The notes under the pieces: model-generated
What the model saw: only the letters and a program-made list of their open reading frames with translations
What the model was told of the DNA's origin: nothing
Database searches by the model: none
Part shown: positions 17,839-27,238 of the stretch, in pieces
Layout: each line of letters begins with the position of its first letter
Position numbering within the stretch: position 1 is the first letter of the stretch
Translations under genes and position numbers: made by a program
NCBI GenBank assembly: GCA_011371325.1
Contig: DRQV01000070.1
Coordinates: 1 to 33,490 of the forward strand
DNA: 33,490 nucleotides
Origin: Thioploca sp.
Lineage (GTDB): Bacteria > Pseudomonadota > Gammaproteobacteria > Beggiatoales > Beggiatoaceae
Direction of reading: 5' to 3'

Positions 17839-18729
17839 TTATTTATTGTCAATTTTTTTACAAACATCTAATAAATGTTCTTTAAATGCTTCACGCAAGT
17901 TAGGGTGTTGCAAAGCATAATCTATCGTTGCCGTTAAATAGCCTAATTTACTACCACAGTCATAACGTACCCCTTCAAACTGACAAGCTAATATTTGTTC
18001 GTCAATTAATAATTTGGCGATAGCATCAGTGAGTTGTATTTCTCCTCCAGTACCTCTATCAATAGTCTTTAAATAACTAAAAATTTTGGGAGTAAGTAAA
18101 TAACGTCCAACTACTGCTAAAGTAGATGGTGCTTGCTCTGGAGATGGTTTTTCTACAATATCTAAAATTTTAGAAACACCTTCATAAAGAGCTTCTGGTT
18201 TTATCACTCCATAATTATTAGTTTCAGTGCGAGCAATCTTTTCAACAGCTATTACACTACATTCTTGTTTTTCATAAATATTAATCATTTGTGATAAACA
18301 TGATTGCTGTTTACCATCTATTAAATCATCGGCTAAAATTACAGCAAATGGTTCTTCACCAACTAATGGTTTGGCACAGAGTACGGCATGGCCTAGACCT
18401 AATGCTTCTGGTTGACGAATATAAATACATGATATTCCTTCCGGTACAATATTTTTTACCATTGACAATAAATTGTATTTACCTCGCCATAATAGCTCAT
18501 CTTCTAATTCTTGATTTTTATCGAAATGATCTTCAATAGTTCGTTTGCTACCACTAGTGACAAAAATTAATTGTTCGATACCAGCTGCAACTGCTTCTTC
18601 AGCAGCATATTGTATTAAAGGTTTATCAACCACTGGTAACATTTCTTTGGGACTAGCTTTGGTAGCTGGCAAAAAACGAGTACCAAGTCCAGCAACTGGA
18701 AATATAGCTTTACGAATAGTTTTTTTCAT
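17839..18729 (-). CDS. galU: UTP--glucose-1-phosphate uridylyltransferase
   Basis: KAIFPVAGLGTRFLPATKASPKEMLPVVDKP, LGLGHAVLCA, VEKP, GEIQLTDAI, RYDCGSKLGY. Confidence 0.98.
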   Translation of the reverse strand: MKKTIRKAIFPVAGLGTRFLPATKASPKEMLPVVDKPLIQYAAEEAVAAGIEQLIFVTSGSKRTIEDHFDKNQELEDELLWRGKYNLLSMVKNIVPEGISCIYIRQPEALGLGHAVLCAKPLVGEEPFAVILADDLIDGKQQSCLSQMINIYEKQECSVIAVEKIARTETNNYGVIKPEALYEGVSKILDIVEKPSPEQAPSTLAVVGRYLLTPKIFSYLKTIDRGTGGEIQLTDAIAKLLIDEQILACQFEGVRYDCGSKLGYLTATIDYALQHPNLREAFKEHLLDVCKKIDNK

Positions 18730-18800
18730 ATGAATAGATTTTTTGGTTAAAATTTACAATAATGAATTTCCAGCATGAACTATACCAATGTAAATATTAT

Positions 18801-19697
18801 CTATTCGGATGGAAATACACCAGTAGATAAATATCGATCCCCTCGATCACAAATAATTACTACAATAACAGCATTTTCTACTGTCTCAGATAATCGTAAT
18901 GCTCCACTAACTGCTGCTCCAGATGAAATTCCAGCAAAAATACCTTCTTGACTTGCTAAATTTCTAGTAGTATTTTCAGCACTTTTTTGGTCAATATCCA
19001 TAATTTGATCTATTGAATCCTTATCAAAAATTTTAGGTAAATATTCTGGAGACCAACGCCGAATTCCAGGAATTTTAGCTCCATCTTCTGGTTGTAAACC
19101 AATGATTCGAATATCTGGTTTAACTTCTTTCAAATAGCGAGAAACTCCCATAATAGTTCCTGTAGTACCCATTGAACTGATAAAATGAGTAATTTTACCT
19201 TGACTATCACGCCAAATTTCTTCCCCTGTAGTTCTATAATGAGCTAACGGATTATCAGGATTATCAAATTGATTTAAAACTTTACCTTGACCATTTTTTT
19301 CCATCTGAAAAGCGATATCTCTAGCTCTCTCCATTCCACCTTCAGCAGGTATTAAAACTATCTCTGCCCCAAAAGCTCGCATTAACATTTGGCGTTCTAA
19401 ACTCATATTTTCTGGCATTAACAATATCATATGATAACCTTTTATTGCTGCTGCCATTGCTAAAGCTATACCAGTATTACCACTAGTGGCCTCGATCAAA
19501 GTATCTCCAGATTCTATATCTCCTCTAGTCTCAGCTTCTTTAATCATGCTTAATGCAGGACGATCTTTTACAGAACCAGCCGGGTTATTTCCTTCCAATT
19601 TAACTAAGATAGTATTACTTGTATTACCTGGTAAACGTTGCAAACGTACTAGTGGAGTATTGCCAATGAATTGTTCAATGGTTGGAAAGGTTGTCAT
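18801..19697 (-). CDS. cysM: Cysteine synthase B
   Basis: KLEGNNPAGSVKDR, EATSGNTG, SMGTTGT, IPGIRRW, CDRGDRYLSTGVF, typical of CysM. Confidence 0.95.
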   Translation of the reverse strand: MTTFPTIEQFIGNTPLVRLQRLPGNTSNTILVKLEGNNPAGSVKDRPALSMIKEAETRGDIESGDTLIEATSGNTGIALAMAAAIKGYHMILLMPENMSLERQMLMRAFGAEIVLIPAEGGMERARDIAFQMEKNGQGKVLNQFDNPDNPLAHYRTTGEEIWRDSQGKITHFISSMGTTGTIMGVSRYLKEVKPDIRIIGLQPEDGAKIPGIRRWSPEYLPKIFDKDSIDQIMDIDQKSAENTTRNLASQEGIFAGISSGAAVSGALRLSETVENAVIVVIICDRGDRYLSTGVFPSE

Positions 19698-20427
19698 ATG
19701 ATTGAATTTTTTGTAAGATTGTAGTTAAATTGTTATTAATAAATTGTAAGTCTTGCCAAGACTTACGCTTTTCTGAAGGTTTGCGTAATAAATAAGCTGG
19801 ATGATAAGTGGCAATCAATGGTATATTATTATAATTAAATTGTTGATTACGCAATTTGCCTATAGGAGTGTTTGTATCCAATAAATGTTGAGCTGAAATC
19901 CTACCTACAGCAACGATTAGCTTAGGCTTAATTAAACTAATTTGTTGGTGTAAAAAGTTATTACAACTAGCCATTTCATTATTATTTGGGTTTCTATTTT
20001 CAGGTGGACGACATTTAACCACGTTAGCAATATATATATCATCTCTGGTTAAATTAATGGCATATAACATTGCATTTAATAGTTGTCCAGCTCGTCCTAC
20101 AAAAGGTTCTCCTTGAATATCTTCTTCAGCTCCTGGTGCTTCCCCAATCAGCATCAAATCAGCATTAGGATTACCAACTCCAAATACAGTTTTAGTACGA
20201 TTTTTATGGAGTTCGCAACTAGTGCAGGCTATAACTTGTTTTTGCAAAGCGTCCCAATCCAATGATGAAACTGGTTGTATAACCTCATTTACTTGTACAA
20301 TTTCAGTTGGTAAATTTGGTGATTCTATAGGTTGTCGTCGTATCCAAACTTGAATACCCATAGAATCGAGATATTGAAGGTGGGAATTTGCCATTTTCCT
20401 GTTTAATATGTTTAATCTCGTAATCAT
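19675..20427 (-). CDS. Uracil-DNA glycosylase family 4 (4Fe-4S)
   Basis: CTSCEL, GEAPGAEED..GEPFVGRAG, NVVKCRPPENR, TYHPAYLLR. The start may be the later Met at 20394; overlaps cysM by 23 bp. Confidence 0.92.
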   Translation of the reverse strand: MITRLNILNRKMANSHLQYLDSMGIQVWIRRQPIESPNLPTEIVQVNEVIQPVSSLDWDALQKQVIACTSCELHKNRTKTVFGVGNPNADLMLIGEAPGAEEDIQGEPFVGRAGQLLNAMLYAINLTRDDIYIANVVKCRPPENRNPNNNEMASCNNFLHQQISLIKPKLIVAVGRISAQHLLDTNTPIGKLRNQQFNYNNIPLIATYHPAYLLRKPSEKRKSWQDLQFINNNLTTILQKIQSYDNLSNH

Positions 20428-20530
20428 CCAAATTGTAGGAGTATGCCTCTACGTTATATGATATATGGTATTATGCCGAGTTCAAAATAAGAAAAATTCT
20501 AGTTTTGAATAGTGCAATTAATAACTACTA

Positions 20531-21820
20531 CTAAATTATATATCCACGTTCTTCATGTAATACAATATCCAAACCTTCAATTTCTTCTTCTTTAGTGACT
20601 CGTAAGCCAATAACCATGTCAATAAGTTTTAATAAAATAAAAGTAATTACTGCTGTATAAATAAGAACCGAAACAATACCAATAAATTGTACTCCTACTT
20701 GTTGAGCTATAGTTGTGATTCCTTCCGCAAAACCTTGTCCACTAAAAATTCCAAGTTGGGTCGAAGCAAAAACACCAGCTAACAAAGTTCCCAAAATACC
20801 ACCAACACCATGAACTGGGAAGACATCTAAGGAATCGTCTATTTTTAATACTCGTTTTAAATAATTAGTAGCTCCAAAACAAATAAAACCTGCACTAACA
20901 CCAATGACTATTGCACCGGCAGGGCCAATAAAACCAGATGCAGGAGTAATCGTACCTAATCCGGCTACCATACCAGTTACAATACCTAATACACTTGGCT
21001 TGCCATATTTTATCCATTCGGCAACCATCCAAGTCATCGCTCCAGCAGATGCAGAAATATGAGTTACCATCATCGCCATCCCAGCATTACCATTAGCTGC
21101 TAATGCACTGCCAGCATTAAAGCCAAACCATCCAACCCATAACATTCCAGCTCCAGCAACTGTCATTGTTAAATTATGAGGTGGCATAGCAGTGTGCGGA
21201 AAACCATAGCGATTACCCATAACCATGGCCGCTACTAAAGCAGCAGTACCAGCAGTAATGTGAACAACTACACCACCAGCAAAATCAAGTAACCCTAATT
21301 GATTTAACCAGCCACCACCCCAAACCCAATGAGTAACTGGTGCATAAACTAAGGTTAGCCAAGTAGCACTAAAAATTAGCATAGCAGAAAATTTCATTCG
21401 TTCTGCAAAAGCACCAACTATCAAGGCTGGAGTAATAATTGCGAACGTCATTTGAAACATGGCAAATACTGTTTCGGGAATATTACCATTCATCGCATCA
21501 TTATTTACACCAGCCATAAATAGTTTATCTAAACCACCAATCCAATCATTACCAACTCCAAAAGCCATTGAATAGGCATACATAACCCATAATATAGAAG
21601 ATATACAGGTAATTGCAAAACATTGCATCAGTATAGACAGGACATTTTTACTTCTAACAATACCCGCATAAAAAAATGACAATCCAGGAATTGTCATAAA
21701 TAAAACTAATGCTGTTGCAGTCAATACCCAAGCGGTATTCCCAGTATTAAGTTCATCTGCAAAACCAAGTGAGGGAAATAACAAACAAACTATTAAAATA
21801 TTCCATGAAGATTTTTTCAT
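20531..21820 (-). CDS. amtB: Ammonium transporter AmtB
   Basis: Signal peptide; FQMTFAIIT, DFAGGVVVH, LWVGWFGFNAGS, DDSLDVFPVHG (twin His present), EEIEGLD..LHEERGY tail. Confidence 0.97.
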   Translation of the reverse strand: MKKSSWNILIVCLLFPSLGFADELNTGNTAWVLTATALVLFMTIPGLSFFYAGIVRSKNVLSILMQCFAITCISSILWVMYAYSMAFGVGNDWIGGLDKLFMAGVNNDAMNGNIPETVFAMFQMTFAIITPALIVGAFAERMKFSAMLIFSATWLTLVYAPVTHWVWGGGWLNQLGLLDFAGGVVVHITAGTAALVAAMVMGNRYGFPHTAMPPHNLTMTVAGAGMLWVGWFGFNAGSALAANGNAGMAMMVTHISASAGAMTWMVAEWIKYGKPSVLGIVTGMVAGLGTITPASGFIGPAGAIVIGVSAGFICFGATNYLKRVLKIDDSLDVFPVHGVGGILGTLLAGVFASTQLGIFSGQGFAEGITTIAQQVGVQFIGIVSVLIYTAVITFILLKLIDMVIGLRVTKEEEIEGLDIVLHEERGYII

Positions 21821-21966
21821 TGAAGTGCTTCCTTATCAGTTTCTCCAGTGCGAATCCGAATTATCTGTAAACTAGAAACAAATATTTTACCATCTCTAAT
21901 TTTAGATAAAGCTTCACGTACATCGTCTAATTTAAAAGGTTTAATAATGGTGGTAACCATTTTCAT
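21817..21966 (-). pseudogene. glnK: Internally deleted P-II protein GlnK (49 aa, in frame)
   Basis: MKMVTTIIKPFKLDDVREALSKI joined directly to RDGKIFVSSLQIIRIRTGE; about 63 central residues of a 112-aa PII are missing. True start is 21966, not 22047; ATGA overlap with amtB. Confidence 0.88.
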
Positions 21967-22090
21967 AAAAAATTCTCTTTGGTAATTGTAATTATGAGTT
22001 GTTAGATAGTAATTTAAATAATAGTTATCAATAATAATTTTTAGCAATTGATGCTTTAAGTTTTATACAAATTTTAATACAGCTATCTTA

Positions 22091-22330
22091 TCATAATTTA
22101 TTAATTAATTTAGCATTATTAGATAATTTCGCAATTTTATTATATTTTTTATCACCTGGACGATATAGTTGTGAATATCGTTCTTCCCCATATTTTTCTT
22201 CTTTAACACAAATAGTAGTATCCTTACTAACTTTAAATATAATTCTAAAAATTGGTTTAATTGGTAATATAGCAAAAATAAACATGAACAGTAGCCATAT
22301 TATAAAATCAATTTCAATCATCGTTGACAT
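22091..22330 (-). CDS. Hypothetical small membrane protein (79 aa), possibly a gene fragment
   Basis: One hydrophobic N-terminal segment and a basic tail; no family recognised, weak RBS. Confidence 0.35.
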   Translation of the reverse strand: MSTMIEIDFIIWLLFMFIFAILPIKPIFRIIFKVSKDTTICVKEEKYGEERYSQLYRPGDKKYNKIAKLSNNAKLINKL

Positions 22331-22380
22331 ACCACAGTTTTAATAATTATTTCCTTTTCTAAATAGAAATATATTAATTA

Positions 22381-22397
22381 TTGGTATACATATTGCC
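22381..22397 (+). promoter_or_regulatory. Putative sigma54 (-24/-12) promoter
   Basis: TTGGTATACATATTGCC: GG at 22383-84, GC at 22395-96, exactly 10 nt apart; matches TGGYAY-N5-TTGC. Confidence 0.65.
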
Positions 22398-22407
22398 CTG
22401 TTATATT

Positions 22408-22471
22408 TAATAGTATTCCTCCTTATGTGTTATTTACCTCTCTTCAAATTTCTTGGTCGAGAGGTTTTTTT
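22408..22471 (+). ncRNA. Candidate ~64-nt small RNA with anti-Shine-Dalgarno motif
   Basis: Lies between the sigma54 motif and a + strand terminator with no ORF between them; contains UAUUCCUCCUUAUGUGUU. Confidence 0.5.
22436..22471 (+). terminator. Intrinsic terminator on the + strand
   Basis: ACCTCTC...GAGAGGT stem followed by a T run; both flanking genes are on the - strand. Confidence 0.7.
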
Positions 22472-22538
22472 ATGATTTTATTTACGCAAATTACTGCTAC
22501 TTCTCGCAACTAACTTGATAATTTATCGTTCTATCTTG

Positions 22539-22750
22539 TATAGCAAACCGATGATGTATAATAGGACGCATTATATAATAGGGAAAAGTAAAAAACAATG
22601 ACATATTCAGTAGATTTAAGGAAAAAAAGTATTTATTGGTAACTGAAGTTAGGTAAAGATACGAACAAAGATGGTAGGCATCATATATCTAACTTGTAGT
22701 AAACTGAATTCATAGTGGGACGAAATTACAACAATCTATCAGGTGGAAAG
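22539..22750 (+). mobile_element. Decayed IS630-family left end / transposase 5' remnant
   Basis: TATAGC-type end at 22539; ATG 22598 reads MTYSVDLRKK; ACAATCTATCAGGTGGAAA near 22731 gives TIY-RWK with a 1-nt frameshift; stops in between. Confidence 0.5.
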
Positions 22751-22823
22751 TCTTTCTAAATCCTTATCTATGTGCACTTAAATACTAAACAGATAATTAT
22801 GTAAAATATTTTATGTATACAAT

Positions 22824-24698
22824 TTAAATTTTTAAATAAGTATAATTTTCCAAACTAGCTTGTAATTCTTGTAAATATAGTTGTTTTTGTTCTATATTTA
22901 AGTTAGTTTTATATAACTTTTCATTATATATATTTAACAAATTGTCCGTATCAAAATTAACATAGTCTAACGTTGTTTTAACGGTATCACCTTTTATCGG
23001 TGCTATTAATTTATAATCACCATTTGCCATAATTTGTATGTTAACAGAATGAGTATCCCCAAATAAATTATGCATATCGCCTAAAATTTCTTGATAAGCT
23101 CCTATTAAAAATATACCAAGCAAATATTCTTCATTGGAAGTTATGGTATGAACTGGTAAGTTAGTGTCGATTCCATTATTACTAACATAATGTTTAAACT
23201 GTCCATCAGAATCACAAGTTAAATCTTGCAAAGTTGCTTTTCGATTAGGATATTCATTCAAACGATGTAAAGGTAGTATAGGAAATAGTTGATCTATTGC
23301 CCATGCGTCTGGTACAGATTGAAATAAAGAAAAGTTCGCAAAATATTTATCAGCTAATTTTTCATTAAGTTCATCGTATACTTCACGATAAATTCGGGAA
23401 TTAGAAGTATCTCGCAATAAAATTTGAACTTGTTTGCAAATAGCATAATATAATTGCTCTGCGTGAGCCCGTTGCTTTAAATCAATTACTCCATAAGAGA
23501 ATAAGGTATGCACTTCATTTAACCAGTAAACTGCATTATGATAAACTTCTAAAGCAGAATGTTTAGTTATGCTATTTAATTGTTGCCATAAATCTTGAAT
23601 AATCTCTGGATCATCGGTAGAAGCAGGTTGGATTGTATTTGATATGGTTTCAGTATCAACAATATTTGTTATCAATACTGCATGATGAGCCGTTATAGCA
23701 CGACCGGTTTCAGTAATAATATTTGGTTGAGGTAAATTAAAAGTATTACAAATTTCCTTAAATTCATGAATAACATTATTAGCATATTCTTGAATGTCAT
23801 AATTGATTGAACAAGGTCGACGAGAACGCATGCCTTCATAATCTATTCCTAACCCACCACCTACATCAATAGTGTTAATGGGAACTCCTAAAGCTTTTAA
23901 TTCAGCGTAATAACGCCCAGCTTCATATAAACCTTTTTGAATATCACGAATATTAGGAATTTGGGAGCCAATATGGAAGTGCATCAATTGTAAGCTATCA
24001 ATTAAACCTGCTTCATCAATGAGATTTATTATATCTAAAATTTGGGTAGAATTTAATCCAAACTTAGATTTTGCCCCTCCACTATCTTGCCATTTACCTT
24101 TGGCTATAGAGGCTAGCTTTATTCGTATACCTAAACGTGGAATTACATTCAATTTTTTAACTTCTTTAATAATTAGTTGTAATTCTGAAGTTTTTTCAAT
24201 GACTAAATAAATTTTGATACCAATTTGTTGGCCAATTAAAGCTAAACGAATATATTCACGATCTTTATAACCATTACAAATTACAATATTATTTTTTGGA
24301 GCTAAAGCTAGTATGCCTATCAATTCAGATTTACTACCAGATTCTAAGCCAGTTTTGCCAGTATTTAAAATAGTTTCAATTACTTGATGTTGCTGATTTA
24401 CTTTAATTGGATATACTGCGGTATAATTTGCTTTATAATTTTCCTGCTGCATAGCGGTAATAAAAGCATTATATAAACTATTAACACGATGGTGCAGAAT
24501 ATTAGGAAAACGAACTAATATAGGTAGAGATATGCCTTGATTTTTTAATTCTTGAGTAAGTTTATAGAGACTAATATTATTTTGGTCTGAAGTTGATGTA
24601 GCAATTACTTCTCCATTTTGGTCAATATCAAAATAACCTTCGCTCCAATGCTTAATATTATATAATTTTTGTGAATCAATAAAATTCCAGTTTGGCAT
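22824..24698 (-). CDS. speA: Biosynthetic arginine decarboxylase
   Basis: VYPIKVNQ (PLP Lys), GLESGSKSEL, CNGYKD, HFHIGSQI, DVGGGLGIDYEG, NFSLFQSVPDAWAIDQLFP, DLTCDSDG, GAYQEILGDMHNLFG. Confidence 0.97.
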   Translation of the reverse strand: MPNWNFIDSQKLYNIKHWSEGYFDIDQNGEVIATSTSDQNNISLYKLTQELKNQGISLPILVRFPNILHHRVNSLYNAFITAMQQENYKANYTAVYPIKVNQQHQVIETILNTGKTGLESGSKSELIGILALAPKNNIVICNGYKDREYIRLALIGQQIGIKIYLVIEKTSELQLIIKEVKKLNVIPRLGIRIKLASIAKGKWQDSGGAKSKFGLNSTQILDIINLIDEAGLIDSLQLMHFHIGSQIPNIRDIQKGLYEAGRYYAELKALGVPINTIDVGGGLGIDYEGMRSRRPCSINYDIQEYANNVIHEFKEICNTFNLPQPNIITETGRAITAHHAVLITNIVDTETISNTIQPASTDDPEIIQDLWQQLNSITKHSALEVYHNAVYWLNEVHTLFSYGVIDLKQRAHAEQLYYAICKQVQILLRDTSNSRIYREVYDELNEKLADKYFANFSLFQSVPDAWAIDQLFPILPLHRLNEYPNRKATLQDLTCDSDGQFKHYVSNNGIDTNLPVHTITSNEEYLLGIFLIGAYQEILGDMHNLFGDTHSVNIQIMANGDYKLIAPIKGDTVKTTLDYVNFDTDNLLNIYNEKLYKTNLNIEQKQLYLQELQASLENYTYLKI

Positions 24699-24715
24699 AT
24701 TTTCTCTTTGATAAA

Positions 24716-25072
24716 TTAATTTTTTAACTGGGATTTACCTATTTCAGCTAATCTATTGACTAATTTAGCTGTTAGTTGACTAAATTTACTTCCCATTTGC
24801 ATTTTACTAGTCGCTTCATTGGCATGTCCTTTTAAAGCTAAATCTAAAATATTTGATGCCTCTATATGAAAGTTAGTATGAAGCTCAACTATAATGTCAT
24901 AATCTGGTAAATTTTTACCATCTTTTGAATCTAGCCATTGCCCAAATACACAAGCATGAGGATTGCTAGTATCCTTAACGTTAAAATTGCTCTCACCAGT
25001 TTCTATGGCCTGTTTTAAATATATTTTCCAACGACTATGAGCCCAAATTGCTTTATCAATTGTTTCTAACAT
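24716..25072 (-). CDS. Stand-alone CZB (chemoreceptor zinc-binding) domain protein
   Basis: AHSRWK, HACVFGQW and LHTNFH supply the His/Cys/His/His zinc ligand pattern. Confidence 0.88.
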   Translation of the reverse strand: MLETIDKAIWAHSRWKIYLKQAIETGESNFNVKDTSNPHACVFGQWLDSKDGKNLPDYDIIVELHTNFHIEASNILDLALKGHANEATSKMQMGSKFSQLTAKLVNRLAEIGKSQLKN

Positions 25073-25427
25073 AGTATTAACCTTTTGTTATACCTAAATT
25101 ATTATTTATAATTTTTTTTATAACTAGCTATCATAGTTATAATGCGATAGTAGTATGAGAAAATAAATTGCATATTACTTAGTTTTAAAAGTTGGTAATT
25201 ACATCATAGCTAATAACTAGATCGTAAGCAACCCATCTATGCAAATCTGCCACTAAATTTTGCTATATTAGTTATTCTAAATAAACTAAAAATCATTGAT
25301 ATATTACTTGATAATATTTATTATATAATAGATTTGGGGTGTTTATAATTTTAATGGGACTTGTGAATAAAAAATGCTTAATTATCTCAATGAGTTTAAT
25401 TAAGAATTATAAAATTAGGAATAAATA

Positions 25428-25778
25428 ATGAATACTTTGGATACAACTATGGAAAATTCATGTCAATTTGAAAATAATACTGTTGTAGAAACAGATAATT
25501 TTAAAAGTGAATGGATTAAACTTGAATTAGAACCAATTATAACAATACCACAGTTAGAAACCTTGAAAACACAACTTGACCAGTATAAAAATTGCAGAGT
25601 ACAAGTGTTAGGAGATAAAGTTGAACGAATAGATACCGCAGCTTTTCAGTTATTATTGGCTTTCACTAATAGCCCTGATGTCACTGTTGCGTGGTTTGAA
25701 CCATCACTCGAACTATGTAATGTAGCTAAATTATTAGGATTTTCAACAATAATTGGTCTACCAACTCAGGAAGATTAA
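25428..25778 (+). CDS. STAS-domain protein (chemotaxis-operon type)
   Basis: KVERIDTAAFQLLLAF and LCNVAKLLG STAS_2-like motifs; AGGA RBS; first gene before cheR. Confidence 0.8.
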   Translation: MNTLDTTMENSCQFENNTVVETDNFKSEWIKLELEPIITIPQLETLKTQLDQYKNCRVQVLGDKVERIDTAAFQLLLAFTNSPDVTVAWFEPSLELCNVAKLLGFSTIIGLPTQED

Positions 25779-25799
25779 CGATTTACATGAGTAATTTAA

Positions 25800-26618
25800 A
25801 TGGATGAACGAGAATTTCATTTTACTAAATTTGATTTTGAAAAATTACGTCAGTTAGTGAATGAACATACTGGTATTAAATTATCTGACCATAAACAGGA
25901 AATGCTTTATAGTCGTCTATCTAGACGTTTACGTTCTTTAAATTTGACTAGTTTTGCTAGTTATTATGAATTATTAAAAGCAGATGAAGAAGAAATTGTT
26001 AATTTTATCAATGCTATTACCACTAATCTCACAGCTTTTTTTCGGGAATCACATCATTTTAATTTACTTAAACAAGTATTATTACCACAATTATTAGTAA
26101 GAAATATAGCTTCACGAAGGATTAGAATTTGGTCTGCTGGTTGCTCCAGTGGGGAAGAAGCATATTCAATTGCTATAGTGCTTAAAGAATCGATGCCAAG
26201 TGGTTGGGATGTTAAAATACTTGCCACTGATTTAGATTCTTCAGTAGTAGCAACTGGTAAACAGGGTATTTATACTTTAGAACAAGTACAAAAAATAGCT
26301 CCTGCTCGATTAAAAAACTGGTTTAAAATTATTCCAGCAACTAAGCAGTTCCAAGTTAGTTCAGAATTACGTTCATTGATTACCTTTAAACATCTTAATT
26401 TAATGCATAGATGGCCTATGCAAGGACCATTTGACATTATTTTTTGTCGTAATGTAGTAATTTATTTTGATAAATCTACTCAAAAAATTTTATTTGATCG
26501 ATTTGCTAATATTCTTGATGATGATGGCTATCTAATAATTGGTCATTCCGAAAATTTGTTTCAACTGACTACCCGTTTTCGCTTATTAAAACAGACGGTA
26601 TATGTTAAATGTCACTAA
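25800..26618 (+). CDS. cheR: Chemotaxis methyltransferase CheR
   Basis: TTNLTAFFRESHHF, RIWSAGCSSGEEAYS, ILATDLD, FDIIFCRNVVIYF, GHSE. Confidence 0.97.
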   Translation: MDEREFHFTKFDFEKLRQLVNEHTGIKLSDHKQEMLYSRLSRRLRSLNLTSFASYYELLKADEEEIVNFINAITTNLTAFFRESHHFNLLKQVLLPQLLVRNIASRRIRIWSAGCSSGEEAYSIAIVLKESMPSGWDVKILATDLDSSVVATGKQGIYTLEQVQKIAPARLKNWFKIIPATKQFQVSSELRSLITFKHLNLMHRWPMQGPFDIIFCRNVVIYFDKSTQKILFDRFANILDDDGYLIIGHSENLFQLTTRFRLLKQTVYVKCH

Positions 26619-27226
26619 ATCCACCTCGTGCTTTGCCTGGTTATAGGCATATTAAGCGTTATTGGGATTATCGTAATAGTGGTTATGTTGCTAAAATTTT
26701 ACCAGGTGAATATTATGTTACCTATCATAACGAAATTTTGATGACTGTACTTGGTTCATGTGTAGCAGCTTGTATTCGTGATAAAATAATTGGAATTGGT
26801 GGTATGAATCATTTTATGCTACCACATATTACTAGCGATCGATGGAAACATACCCGTGCTAGTGTTGCTAGTCGTTATGGTAGTGTAGCTATGGAATATT
26901 TGATTAATGAGATTTTAAAACATGGTGGTAAAAGAGAGAATTTAGAAGTAAAATTATTTGGTGGTGGTAGTATTATGCAAAATATAGGCAACATAGGCCA
27001 ACAAAATATTGAATTTGTTAAAAGTTATGTAAAAATGGAAGGTTTGAAATTATTAGCGGAAGACCTTGGTAATGTTTATCCACGCAAAATACTATTTTTT
27101 CCTAGTACTGGTTTAGCACGAGTTAAAAAATTACGGGCTACTCAGCAAGTAGTTCTTGAGCGGGAAAAAGAATATAAACTCAGTTTAGAAAATCAACCAA
27201 TTGCTGGTGATGTTGATTTATTTTAG
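26609..27226 (+). CDS. cheD: Chemoreceptor glutamine deamidase CheD
   Basis: KILPGEYYV, TVLGSCVAAC, GGMNHFMLP, RYG..AME.LIN, KLFGG, DLG...PRK. Confidence 0.96.
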   Translation: MSLNPPRALPGYRHIKRYWDYRNSGYVAKILPGEYYVTYHNEILMTVLGSCVAACIRDKIIGIGGMNHFMLPHITSDRWKHTRASVASRYGSVAMEYLINEILKHGGKRENLEVKLFGGGSIMQNIGNIGQQNIEFVKSYVKMEGLKLLAEDLGNVYPRKILFFPSTGLARVKKLRATQQVVLEREKEYKLSLENQPIAGDVDLF

Positions 27227-27238
27227 GAGATTAAGCAT

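Noticed and set aside
20435-20452. GTAG-type REP-like palindrome (GTAGGAG-TATGC-CTCTAC)
   Set aside because: Single imperfect copy with no matching repeats or RAYT transposase in the window.
21967-22047. N-terminal extension of the 76-aa ORF upstream of glnK
   Set aside because: PII similarity starts at Met 21966; the extension is low-complexity AT-rich sequence from a TTG start.
21967-22090. Sigma54/NtrC promoter for glnK-amtB
   Set aside because: The best - strand candidate (AAAGCATCAATTGCT) lacks the invariant GG at -24, and no TGCAC-N7-GTGCA site is visible.
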